A DNA stretch of 47,847 nucleotides from a virus (lineage: Duplodnaviria; Heunggongvirae; Uroviricota; Caudoviricetes), in IMG/VR virus record IMGVR_UViG_3300021255_000128, positions 128,001 to 175,847 of that record, one strand, 5' to 3'. Below the pieces are notes generated by a model. That model saw only the letters and a program-made list of their open reading frames with translations, was not told where the DNA came from and did no database searches. Made by a program: the position numbers and the translations under genes. Position 1 is the stretch's first letter; each line of letters starts with the position of its first letter. Shown piece after piece: positions 37,875 through 47,490 of the stretch.

Positions 37875-38529
37875 TGTAATAGAGTTAAATCCAGCTACTG
37901 TTACTGGATATAAGTTTTGAGTTTTATTAGATAACGGTCATGCAAAGTCAACTCCTGGAAAACGATCCCCCGTATTTGAAGATGGGAAACAGTTTTTTGA
38001 ATATGAATTTGCAAGAGATATTGTAAATAGAATATCTAAAGAATTAGAAAAATTAAACATTAGTTATAAAATAGTAACTCCAGAAGTAGATAAAGATATT
38101 GCATTATCTACAAGAGCAAATAGAGTAAATAGATATTGTCAGAAACTTGGAAAAAATAATTGTTTACTAGTGTCTGTTCATGCCAATGCATCAGGAAATG
38201 GTAAACAATGGATGCCTGCAAGAGGTTGGAGTGTTTGAACAACAAAAGGAAAAACAAAATCCGATGCATATGCGGATATATTTTATAAAGAGGCTGAAAA
38301 GCTTTTACCTTTATATGGAATGAACGTAAGAAAAGATTTATCTGATGGAGATTATGATTATGAATCTGATTTTACAATTTTATACAAAAGCTGATGCCCA
38401 GCACTAATAACTGAAAATCTTTTCCAAGATAATAAAATAGATTGTGAATTTTTAATGTCTGATAAAGGAAGGGATGTTATTACACAAATTCATATAAACG
38501 CAATAAAACAAATATTAAATATTAAGTAA
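37867..38529 (+). CDS. N-acetylmuramoyl-L-alanine amidase (Amidase_3) endolysin, 220 aa (code 4); absent from the ORF track
   Basis: LDNGH..TPGKRSP..EYEF, LSTRANRVN, VSVHANA, PALITENLF. TGAs at 37918, 38236 and 38392. Confidence 0.92.
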
Positions 38530-38531
38530 TT

Positions 38532-38753
38532 ATGGCAAATAATAATGATTTAAAAGTATTGCACGATGCAGTTGTTGGTCGTGAAATCCCTATGGAAATG
38601 GAATTTGATCCAAAAGAATTAACTTTTCAATATGCATACAAACCTTATGTCGATGACAAAGTTAAAGAAGTTGGATATCCTGAATCAGAAAGTTCTTCTG
38701 AATCAGAAAGTCCTTCTGAATCAAGTTCTGTTCAAAATTCTAATCCAGAATAA
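38532..38753 (+). CDS. Small acidic protein with Ser/Glu-rich tail, 73 aa
   Basis: ORF track entry. ATG 2 nt after the amidase stop, followed by a terminator. Confidence 0.7.
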   Translation: MANNNDLKVLHDAVVGREIPMEMEFDPKELTFQYAYKPYVDDKVKEVGYPESESSSESESPSESSSVQNSNPE

Positions 38754-38756
38754 AAT

Positions 38757-38793
38757 AAAAATCCCGAGTACAATTAAGTACTCGGGATTTTTT
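38757..38793. terminator. Bidirectional intrinsic terminator between convergent genes
   Basis: AAAAATCCCGAGTAC-AATTAA-GTACTCGGGATTTTTT. Confidence 0.9.
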
Positions 38794-38796
38794 CGT

Positions 38797-41700
38797 TTAT
38801 GGTGTATTTAACTGTGATCAGTTGCCATTATTATAATATTTTATTCCAGAACTATCTATTTTTAAGCCATAAGTTCCACCTGTTAAAAATTCTAAAGTCA
38901 GGGTTGAATCTGTAGTATTTGTCTTTACTCTAAAATAATTGTCAGCATTTAAAATATGTTGGAAACCATTAGCTCCAATTTCAGTTAACTGCGTAGGTGT
39001 TGTTGTAATATTATGATAGTTAACTAATGGACTGAATATATTTTGATTTAAATATAATTTAGGATTCTCGAATAGTGTCCTTGTATCTGTTTCAGAATCA
39101 AATCAAATAATAAGCCAATAATCAAGATATAATGTATAGTTTCCTGGAGTTAACATCATTGTTTTGATAATATCTCGTTTTGTTTCTCCAGAAGAATACC
39201 TATCTGTAAGTAACGTAAATGCTTGGGCTTCTGATCTAACAGTGAGTCCAGATGTGCCGGTAATTGCAGAGGCATTATCATCTTGATCAATACTCTGATA
39301 TCATTGACTTGTTTCTTGTCCAGTTTTAGTATTTCTTGCGTAAATTCTTACTTCTCATTCGATTCTTGGAACAAGATCTGTTTTTGCTTCAGTTAATGTT
39401 CCTTCAAAACCTACACTAATTGTTTGAGGAAGAAGAGAATAAACTTCATCTGCCTGACTACCTGTGGAAGATAATATGTCAATATTACCTAATGCAATAG
39501 TATCACTACATTCTAAAGAATTTTCTAAATACTCTGTGGCATTAGCACCAGTAACTCATGAACCTAATGAATTTTTTCAAACTGTTTGTTTAGAATTATC
39601 AACATCTTCTGAAAGATCATCTCCAGATATCTTACATCTTGGAACACCAGGTTCTGAATTTAATACAATTTCATTATTTGCAATGTCCAATGTACCTGTA
39701 TCAGAACCTTTACCAGTCGTGTGTAATTCTTCAGCGATTAAATTTGAAACCTCAATCTGATTAGCGGCAATTTTATCAGAAAGTAAAAGTTTAGTTGCTA
39801 CAAAGTCTCATCCTTTTGCTTGAACGAAATAGTCAGGAAGTGTTGATGGATTTGCATTTGCAGGAACAGATGGATATTTTATATTCTGTTTACATCTCCA
39901 TAATCTATCAGCATTGGATGCAGCATTAGTTATAGTGATTCCTTCTTCTGCAACAGGCCAAATTGCAATATCATAGAATGTATCAGTATCATTATCTCCA
40001 CATTGTCATTCGCCTAATCCTTCAGCATCAGGGTTTGTATAATAATCCCAATTACGCATTCTTAATCTTGGACCAATATCACCTTTACTACCAGGATTAC
40101 CTTGTGGACCTTGAGGACCTGTTTCTCCGTCTTTTGCAAATTTTGCCCATAATCCTAATTCTCCAAATTGTAATTCTCACTCTCCATTAATTCGTTTAAT
40201 TGTGGAGCAATAACAATATGGCATTGATACTGTTGGAGCTTGTGGATCATCACTTCATCCTGTAGGAATCCATTCTCCATCAGATGTTTGAGATGCAGGT
40301 TTTGCAGGAATGTTACTTGTGCGTTCAGCAGCAGTTAACTCATGATCAAACAGTTTATAAACATATTGAACGCCATCACCATCTTCACCTTTCTCTCCTC
40401 ACTGACTCCATATTTTTGCAGGACTAAAAGGACCCCATTTTCTGGTAACATTGTCGTAATCTCGATAAGATGTCCATTCTGTTTTAGCAGTACTGGTTAT
40501 ACCTTGAGGACTATCTCACCATCCATTAGGAACCCAATCAGATAATGTATCACTATAGGCAACATTTCCATTGGCTGCATGATTTCCTGGAGAAATTTCA
40601 CCATTTCCAGAACTAGGAGGCGTTCCAGGATTTGCAGTTTGACGTTTATAAACTCATTCTCTACTTGTACCATCAGCACCATTTTCTGCTCAATTGGTAT
40701 GTAGATGCATCGTACCAGAATATTGTTCCCAGATTTTAACTTTACCTGTAGAATCATTAGGATCAGCAATCTTCTTACGTTTTGCCTTCCATTCAAACTT
40801 ATGATAAAAATCAGCACCTTGTGGGTCATCGGTACATTCTGTTGCAGCCGCTAAATCTCCACCACTAGCCATTGGAAGATAATCATCATCAAGATATGTT
40901 TTATTATGACTATCAGCGGCAGCACTACTTACTGTAGGAGCAACATTTGTATTTGTACGAATGTATACAGTTTCCTCACCAGCTCCATCTGCACCACGTT
41001 CACCTTTTATTTGTGTTAAAGATCATTCTGTTCATTTACCATTAATCAATGAACTAGTAGCCATTCATTTAGGATTAGAAACATTATCACTTCATATACC
41101 TAAGCTATTTTGTGTACAATATTGTCTCCATGCACTTTCGTTTACACCTTCAGGATCGTTATTATCAATAAAAGGATATTCGTTATTAATTCTTTCATCA
41201 AATCTTGGAAGTCTTGTAGAAATAGTAACTATATCTGAATTAGAATATTCTACATTAAAGAATTTATTATCAGATATAATTCTTGGAGATTCCCATGACT
41301 GATCTTGTTCTTCTGCATCTGGATCAATACTTCCAAATTGTTTGGTGGTCATTCATATTGGAGCATGTCCTATTTCAGGATTTTCAAAATCTTCAGGTCC
41401 TGGAACAGTATCAAACCAATTAATTGTTTCGGTTACTTGTGTTCCATCAATGGTTTGAGTAATCGTTTGAGGATCGGGTAGTGGATTGGAAGTATCACCA
41501 CCCTCTAATTGCATACTGCCAAGTTTTAAACGGCTTCTAGTAAAAGCAAAAGATGTAAACACGGGTGCGTATCCTGACCAGAATTTATTTCAAAGTACAG
41601 GATTGCCAAATCAACTCCATTGTCCTGTTTCTCCGTTATATTTTCTTATAGAACAGAATTCAAATGGTTGAGAAGGACTGACATCTAAAGGATCATCTGT

Positions 41701-42909
41701 TCAGTTTCTATCCCATCCTAAACTTGCAGCATCCGGATGTCCAGGAAGATTTCCAGGAACAAATTCATCTTGTTGATAAAGTTCAAGTGCAGCTTCTTCA
41801 GTGGTGTAACCTTCAGAATTTCTTGCTACAGTTAAAAATGCACTTGCACAACCCTCACCACAGATAGGAGGCCAGAATTCGGTTTTAAGTGTATAGCTTC
41901 CGTCATTATTGTCAATAACTTCATTTTGAGAAGCTACTCTAAAGATGTATTCTATGCCATCACCGTCAGTTCCATCTTCACCTCATATAGCTCACATTAC
42001 AGGGCCAATAAAAGGTCCTCAATTCCCTGTTTCTTTATCTTTCTTTCTAGAGCACATTATCTCCGCTTTGTAGTTTACAGGGTCTATTCCAGAAGGACTA
42101 TCAGTTCATCCAGTAGGAACATAATCGTCTGTTTCTGGTTCAGAATCAGGTGTAGGAACTAAGCGAGCTGCATCTTCGTCAACACAACGTTTATAAATAA
42201 ATTCTATAGATTCACCATCAACTCCATTTCTTCCATCCTTTCCATCTTTACCATCACGTACTCCATTAATACATATTGGTTCAGATCAATCACCTATAAT
42301 TTCTCCAGTCTCTGCAATGAATGTTCCCATAGACATCCATGTATAACAACCATCAACATGATTATTATCACTTGATCAATCCGTAGTCGTTCTTCCAATA
42401 GAAGCACCATTCTTAAAAAGTTCTGATGCAATATCTCCGACCAGTCTATTTTCTGTAACGTTTCATGCTCCTCCAGCAGGCCTTGATGGGACAAGATTTA
42501 TATCAGGAAGTTCAAGGAAAATTAAAAATGTTCTAGTTGTTGCATCATCATAAGTATCTGGTGCAATATCTCTTGAATTTCTAATTAAGATTGGTTCTGT
42601 CCAAGGAACATAAACAGATGTTGGACCAACAATTGTATAAGACATTCAGATGTTTCCAGTAAGTCCATCTGGCGTAGATCATCCTTCAGGATAAGCAGTT
42701 GGAGCATTTGAACTCATAACAGATATTGGTGTATCTGGTTTTAAGTCCGATGATTTAAAGACTGGAACACAAAGTACAGCATTGTTTCCTATAAGTGTTT
42801 TTATAGCTTCATCATAGTCTTCCGGAGAAGTACAAAAATCAATATTACCTCCCATTTCTATGATGGCGTCTCTAATATCATCAAATATTCGTTTTATTTC
42901 TTCAATCAT
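38797..42909 (-). CDS. Large Trp-rich tail protein with repeated domains and short collagen-like linkers, 1370 aa (code 4)
   Basis: Track ORFs 42679, 42463, 41353, 41092 and 40690 are in one frame. About 8-9 units of G(W)xDxP..(W)..R..(W)GxFxxPxx(W)..GEDG, plus GKDGKDGRNG and GPQGPQGNPG linkers. Confidence 0.8.
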
Positions 42910-42911
42910 AT

Positions 42912-44594
42912 TTAATAATTATTATAATAAGGTGAGGCCTTTCAATCTTCTGGCCCTCTATATTTTGTATAATCAACTTGCCTTCCAAACCGATCTACAG
43001 TTTTTCAATCTCAATCGTATTCTCCTAATGCCATAGCCCTTCTTGCTGCAGAACGTACTCCAAGTCATCCTTTTGCAGATTTAGAATGATCCATCTGTTT
43101 AACAAGTTCTCTTGGATCAGTTATTCCAGAATTAATCATTTTCATTAAATTTGGACTATCTTTTATCGTATTGGTAACACCTTTACCATTATAGGACGTA
43201 TCAACTAAAGCTAGCTGAACACCTCTTGAAAGATTTTTAAAATTCGGAACTTGTTTCATTCAATCGTCATATTCCTTCTGTAGATGTTTCTCCATTTCTT
43301 TTCTTGCAATTTCTTCTGTAAGTTTACCTTCATTTGCAAGTTTTATCATTTCTGGATTTGCGCTACCATATCCTGCAAGAGTTTGAGGTACTCCATCTGA
43401 AGTATTTAGCACATAAGCGTTGGGATTAAAAGTTTCAAAGCTTCCTGTAAATTTAGCAAGATCTGCTATTGTTTTTGGACCAATGTATCGATCCCCTTCT
43501 CAATGTCCAGCATCCATTCCAGGTTTATAATATTTAGATTCAGTTGAAAAAGTTTCATGACCTGGAAGTTTATAAGTATCGGGAAAATGGAATCCAGGTG
43601 CAATTACTTCATACTGTTTACCTTGTTTTACAAGATCATCGTAATAACCACGATAATCATAATGATGTTCGGGAGCATCAGGATTAGGATCTAATCCAAG
43701 TGTTGTAGAAACATATTGATATCATTTATCAAAACCATTGTCTACTCTTGGAGGATCGGATAGATTATATTCTCTTTGATATGGAGACGGAACTCTTTCT
43801 ACAAGAGATGTGGTACTTTTTGGAGATTTAAGAATACCTGCGTTTTGCATTTTTACAATTCCGCCTAATTTATAGGTAAGTGCTTCTAATGTTGCTTGTC
43901 TTCTTCTAGCAGAATGATTATTTGAATCTTTACCATAGAGTTGTATATGTTTTGCTCCATAGGCTCGATCTCTTTCTGCTACAGCTTTTGCAAGACGATC
44001 TCCACTAACATCTCTATAATTACCTCCTGTATACATTACATACGTCAAGTCAGAAGCTTCATCGGGATTAGATGATTGCCTTAATGCAGCTAGATATTCA
44101 GGATACTTTCTTTCAATTTCATCTGCAGCAAAATCTAACTGAGATTGAAGAGAATTACCATGTGTAGACGTTCATCTAACAAAGTCATCGTGCCTATTAT
44201 GGGTTCATTGTCCGATTCCTATTCCATATTGGGATGGATTTACAGAAGAGTTCTTTCCTAATTTTTCTGCTCTGTTTTCAGCATTAATATTTAATCCAGA
44301 TTCTCTCATGAATGATCCTACAATAGCTGATGCTTGATAATCAGATAATCCTAATCTAGACATTAGATAATTTCTTGCAGAACGTCCTTTTCCCTGTTTA
44401 GAAGAATCGTTTCAATCAATTATAGATGCTTCGACTTTTTTCTCTTCTGGCTTAGATTCTGGTAATGGAGCTATTACTATTTCATCTTGTTTCTTCTTTT
44501 TTGTAATCTTTGGCAAATCTACTTCAAAATTTGGTTGTTGAATTTGAAAAGTAGGTGTTTGATTAACATAAGGTGTATATTCTATTTGTGCCAT
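42912..44594 (-). CDS. Virion-associated peptidoglycan hydrolase, 560 aa: phage-tail-lysozyme-like domain, middle domain and GH24-like lysozyme domain (code 4)
   Basis: GLSDYQASAIVGSFMRESGLN..GIGIGQ(W)T..QLDF; YDYRGYY..HFPDTYKLPGHETFSTESKY; FETFNPNAY..TLAGYGS..QLALVDTSYNG. Confidence 0.75.
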
Positions 44595-44596
44595 AA

Positions 44597-44710
44597 CTAT
44601 ATTGTATTTCGATCTTCTTCATTATCATCTTCTGCTTTATTTATTTCTATATTAGCACTATCGTTCATTATAGCTTTTATAATAGCAAGTTCTAATTCAG
44701 TATTTTCCAT
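44597..44710 (-). CDS. Very small acidic protein, 37 aa
   Basis: MENTELELAIIKAIMNDS..NTI*TAG, between a promoter and the next ATG (2-nt gap). Confidence 0.5.
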   Translation of the reverse strand: MENTELELAIIKAIMNDSANIEINKAEDDNEEDRNTI

Positions 44711-44736
44711 AACATTTTTATTTTATAGTTTTCGCG

Positions 44737-44768
44737 CAAATATACAAAAATAAATTTAAAAATCCAAA
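44737..44768 (-). promoter_or_regulatory. Bacteroidota sigma promoter TTTG-N20-TATATTTG
   Basis: Both boxes present with canonical spacing, just downstream of a terminator. Confidence 0.8.
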
Positions 44769-44783
44769 TAAATATGATAAAAT

Positions 44784-44813
44784 AAAAAATCCTGAACCGA
44801 ATAGTTCAGGATT
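44784..44813 (-). terminator. Intrinsic terminator
   Basis: The minus strand reads AATCCTGAACT-ATTC-GGTTCAGGATT-TTTT. Confidence 0.8.
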
Positions 44814-44818
44814 CCCAT

Positions 44819-45106
44819 TTATTCGTCTATCTTTTTATCTTCATCTTTTTTAAGCATCTCTTTTAAGAGTTCTGTATCTTTATTTGAACCTCACATTTCA
44901 TTTGGAAATGGAGGTAAAAGTAACATTCCTAAAATGAGTCATAGCAAACAAAAACTTCAATTAGAGCCATATCCATACATTGTAGTAGATATAGTTTTAT
45001 TAAATTGTTCTAAATCTGCTTCTGTTTCAGGTCTCGGAAATACTTTCTTTTGCTCGTCTGTAAAATTACAGCGATCGTATGCTTCTTGAATTGTTTTTAA
45101 GTCCAT
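44819..45106 (-). CDS. Small single-TM protein, 95 aa (code 4); absent from the ORF track
   Basis: MDLKTIQEAYDRC..SN(W)SFCLL(W)LILGMLLLPPFPNEM(W)GS..KIDE*. Three TGAs cluster in and around the TM helix, where Trp is expected. Confidence 0.65.
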
Positions 45107-45150
45107 AGTAGTAATGATTTTATGGGCTTTAGATAGACTTACGTATTTGG

Positions 45151-45297
45151 TTAAAAATGGTTTGCTGCTTTATTAGCCATGTAATCCACTACAAACTGTC
45201 TTACATACTGTTGATTAGTGGATTGTTGTAATAATGCCAAAATCTGTTTTAGCATTACATTGTTTTCTCTTAATAACTGCGATTCTTCTCTAGTCAT
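45151..45297 (-). CDS. Small hypothetical protein, 48 aa
   Basis: MTREESQLLRENNVMLKQIL..NHF*, directly downstream of a promoter. Confidence 0.55.
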   Translation of the reverse strand: MTREESQLLRENNVMLKQILALLQQSTNQQYVRQFVVDYMANKAANHF

Positions 45298-45319
45298 AAC
45301 ACGTAAATTTTAATTTTTA

Positions 45320-45350
45320 CAAATGTAATAAAATTTTTGGAAATTTCAAA
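45320..45350 (-). promoter_or_regulatory. Bacteroidota sigma promoter TTTG-N19-TACATTTG
   Basis: Both boxes present. It is the first promoter of the minus-strand block. Confidence 0.7.
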
Positions 45351-45587
45351 AATAATTTTTACCCCGGTAGGTTTTGAATTGGAAATAGGTACAGTTATTG
45401 AATTTTTGTGTTGGAGTATAAAGATGGTACCTAAAATAAAAATGTAGAGGTTGTGAGGGCGAAAAGAGACACTATTTAGAAGACCCCTCCCCCATCGTCA
45501 ATGGAAAATTCATTTCCAATCCAGACTTTTCCTGAGAAAATCGTGGGATGGTACCTACTTTGCATAGTGTTATCTAATATTAATCAA

Positions 45588-45842
45588 ATGATCTGGTACA
45601 AGTATCAAACTCATGACTATATGGACGAAAAGCCGTCCATTGGTTATCGTCTCTTCGCTAATGTGGAGAACGCTCTCAAATGGGAGCACCACATGAACAC
45701 CAATTATTCTGGTGGTACTACTGTTCTTCTTGGTCCAGCGAATCAAGAGGAAGTTCTGAAGTTCGTTAAGGACAACGGACTGAAATTGGATAGTGATACA
45801 CTAGCCAATATTAATAATAAAAGTTATTATCTTAACAATTAA
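45588..45842 (+). CDS. Early-type hypothetical protein, 84 aa (standard-code compatible)
   Basis: Track ORF 45501-45842. ATG 45588 is preferred because it follows an A/T-rich leader. Trp is TGG. Confidence 0.65.
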   Translation: MIWYKYQTHDYMDEKPSIGYRLFANVENALKWEHHMNTNYSGGTTVLLGPANQEEVLKFVKDNGLKLDSDTLANINNKSYYLNN

Positions 45843-45846
45843 CACA

Positions 45847-46536
45847 ATGGGACTTTCGAAAGAAGACCGCAAGCTTCTGTACACCAAGATGTACACAGCT
45901 GTCTCAAAAGCTACGGCTGAGACAAAGAATGCTAATGGTGAGGCTATTAAGGTCACCTATAATGGTAAGGTTACAGATCTCTTTGATGGGATTTGCAATA
46001 ATGCACCCACAATTCGTGCGTTCATGTGGGCTGTATCACACAAGACAGACGCTCTTCCTACGGCTCTATTTCGTGTCGTGAGTCGCGGTGTCAATGGCAC
46101 CGAAATCTCCAGAATCCATTCCGGATTCTATGATGATGAAAGACATCACATCACTGGTACAGCTCTCATTCCATTCATCATGGAGGCTATGAAACTCTGG
46201 GAACCTAAGCCTAGAGCTAAGAAAGAGCTTGAAGCTCCGAAGCTTCCTGTTAAAGTGTTTTCTGAACAAGAAATGATTATGGATCATGTGTGTGAGCTTG
46301 CAACAGATCTCACTGGATTATCTGGAGTATCGGACGACGCTCTTGCATATTTTGGCAAAGATGCAAAAGAGCGTTATGAGAAAGCAAAAGCTGATCTCGA
46401 CGCCTATACAGAAGAAATACAGAGAAGGGAACAGGAACGAGAGAAAGTGGCCAAGAAACAAGAGCTTCTCAAGACGATTTCCGAACTCATCAAAGGTGAA
46501 GGATTCACTCTTGACGAAATAATGCAAATAGTCTGA
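45847..46536 (+). CDS. Early-type hypothetical protein, 229 aa, C-terminal coiled coil; ends in TGA
   Basis: ORF track entry. The next ATG is 1 nt after the TGA. Confidence 0.8.
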   Translation: MGLSKEDRKLLYTKMYTAVSKATAETKNANGEAIKVTYNGKVTDLFDGICNNAPTIRAFMWAVSHKTDALPTALFRVVSRGVNGTEISRIHSGFYDDERHHITGTALIPFIMEAMKLWEPKPRAKKELEAPKLPVKVFSEQEMIMDHVCELATDLTGLSGVSDDALAYFGKDAKERYEKAKADLDAYTEEIQRREQEREKVAKKQELLKTISELIKGEGFTLDEIMQIV

Positions 46537-46537
46537 T

Positions 46538-46702
46538 ATGAGGGAAATGATTAAGAAGGTTCTTCAGGAGCCGGATGCTGTAGATATTCTCTGTGAAACT
46601 TTCAACAAACTTCTCGGCTTGGCATCCTGTTGGGATAGCCTTGACGTGGATGATGTTGAACTCATTTTGAGAGCTAAAATCACAGAACATCAGATCGACT
46701 AG
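46538..46702 (+). CDS. Small hypothetical protein, 54 aa
   Basis: MREMIKKVLQEPDAVDILCETFNKLLGLASCWDS..HQID*TAG. Confidence 0.6.
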   Translation: MREMIKKVLQEPDAVDILCETFNKLLGLASCWDSLDVDDVELILRAKITEHQID

Positions 46703-46771
46703 TCCTACTCGTCTAATTGGTTAAGACGACTCTTTTGGAGTAAACCGCAGTTCGATTCTGTGGTAGGACTC
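46701..46771 (+). ncRNA. tRNA-like element with a shortened anticodon arm (non-canonical or pseudo-tRNA)
   Basis: Acceptor AGTCCTAC/GTAGGACT, D arm CGTC-TAATTGGTTAA-GACG, T arm CGCAG-TTCGATT-CTGTG. The anticodon arm is only ACTC-TTTTG-GAGT. Confidence 0.7.
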
Positions 46772-46792
46772 GAAATCAATCCAAATAAAGAT

Positions 46793-47086
46793 ATGGCACA
46801 AAAATCAAATCTCACTCTCGAAGAGTTTGAAGAAAAGCTCCGAGAAGTCATGGATTTTATCTATGACATCTATCTTCCCAACGATTGTTATGTTCAGAAC
46901 ATGACAAGTGCTCCTATGTACGCAGCTTTCTGTGATGAGAACAAAAAGTCTATCTCAGAAACTGTGATTCTTCTCATGGCCTTTCAGATTATCTGCAAGC
47001 GTTATGGCTTTGTCTATTGGCACTGTGTAGATGAGTTTGTTGAGCGTTTCAAGAAAGTGGTATTGGATTATCTTAATTCCAAATAA
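46793..47086 (+). CDS. Early-type hypothetical protein, 97 aa
   Basis: Track ORF 46760-47086. The GTG start lies inside the tRNA-like element, so ATG 46793 is preferred. Confidence 0.7.
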   Translation: MAQKSNLTLEEFEEKLREVMDFIYDIYLPNDCYVQNMTSAPMYAAFCDENKKSISETVILLMAFQIICKRYGFVYWHCVDEFVERFKKVVLDYLNSK

Positions 47087-47087
47087 C

Positions 47088-47255
47088 ATGAATGCACAAC
47101 AACTTCACAATCTTGCATTAGAAGATGCAAAATCTGCTGTCGCTTCCATAGAGCGGCATGACTACGACAATGCATATCGCAACGCTAAAGCGATATGTGA
47201 GAATCTTCTGCTCCTTCTTGAAGAGGAGATGTACAAAGGTAATAACAATGATTAA
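47088..47255 (+). CDS. Small hypothetical protein, 55 aa
   Basis: MNAQQLHNLALEDAK.., with the ATG 1 nt after the previous stop. Confidence 0.65.
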   Translation: MNAQQLHNLALEDAKSAVASIERHDYDNAYRNAKAICENLLLLLEEEMYKGNNND

Positions 47256-47490
47256 CATGAAGTATAACTACACACTTGTAATTGAAGGATTCATGGGAGT
47301 AGCTCCTATGATATCCTTGAAAGTCATTGGTAATAACTACAAAGAGGTTTCTAACCTCAGTGTAGACATCTTCAGAAAACCTGAAGATGAACTGTTTATC
47401 CATACTGCTCAGCGTATGGTGGAGGAGATTGAAGCAAACGATGACATGCTCGGAGCAATGGAAGCTTATCAAGAATCATTAGTGCCTTAA
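47248..47490 (+). CDS. Small hypothetical protein, ~80 aa
   Basis: The 3' part of track ORF 47158-47490. Starts at ATG 47248 or 47257. Confidence 0.65.
   Translation: MINMKYNYTLVIEGFMGVAPMISLKVIGNNYKEVSNLSVDIFRKPEDELFIHTAQRMVEEIEANDDMLGAMEAYQESLVP

Noticed and set aside
1087-44599. TAG->Gln (table 15) recoding, or TGA as Gly or Sec
   Set aside because: TAG terminates genes at 1087, 29542, 35578 and 44597, close to the next gene start. TGA aligns with Trp, not Gly or Cys.
1-45300. Mass pseudogenisation or sequencing errors as the cause of fragmented ORFs
   Set aside because: The interruptions are specifically in-frame TGA, with no frameshifts seen, and they align with TGG in paralogues.
46701-46792. 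Suppressor tRNA-Trp(TCA) or a tRNA-associated HDV-like (theta) ribozyme
   Set aside because: The loop contains TTTTG, not TCA. The ~20 nt downstream are A-rich leader with no ribozyme pairing before ATG 46793.
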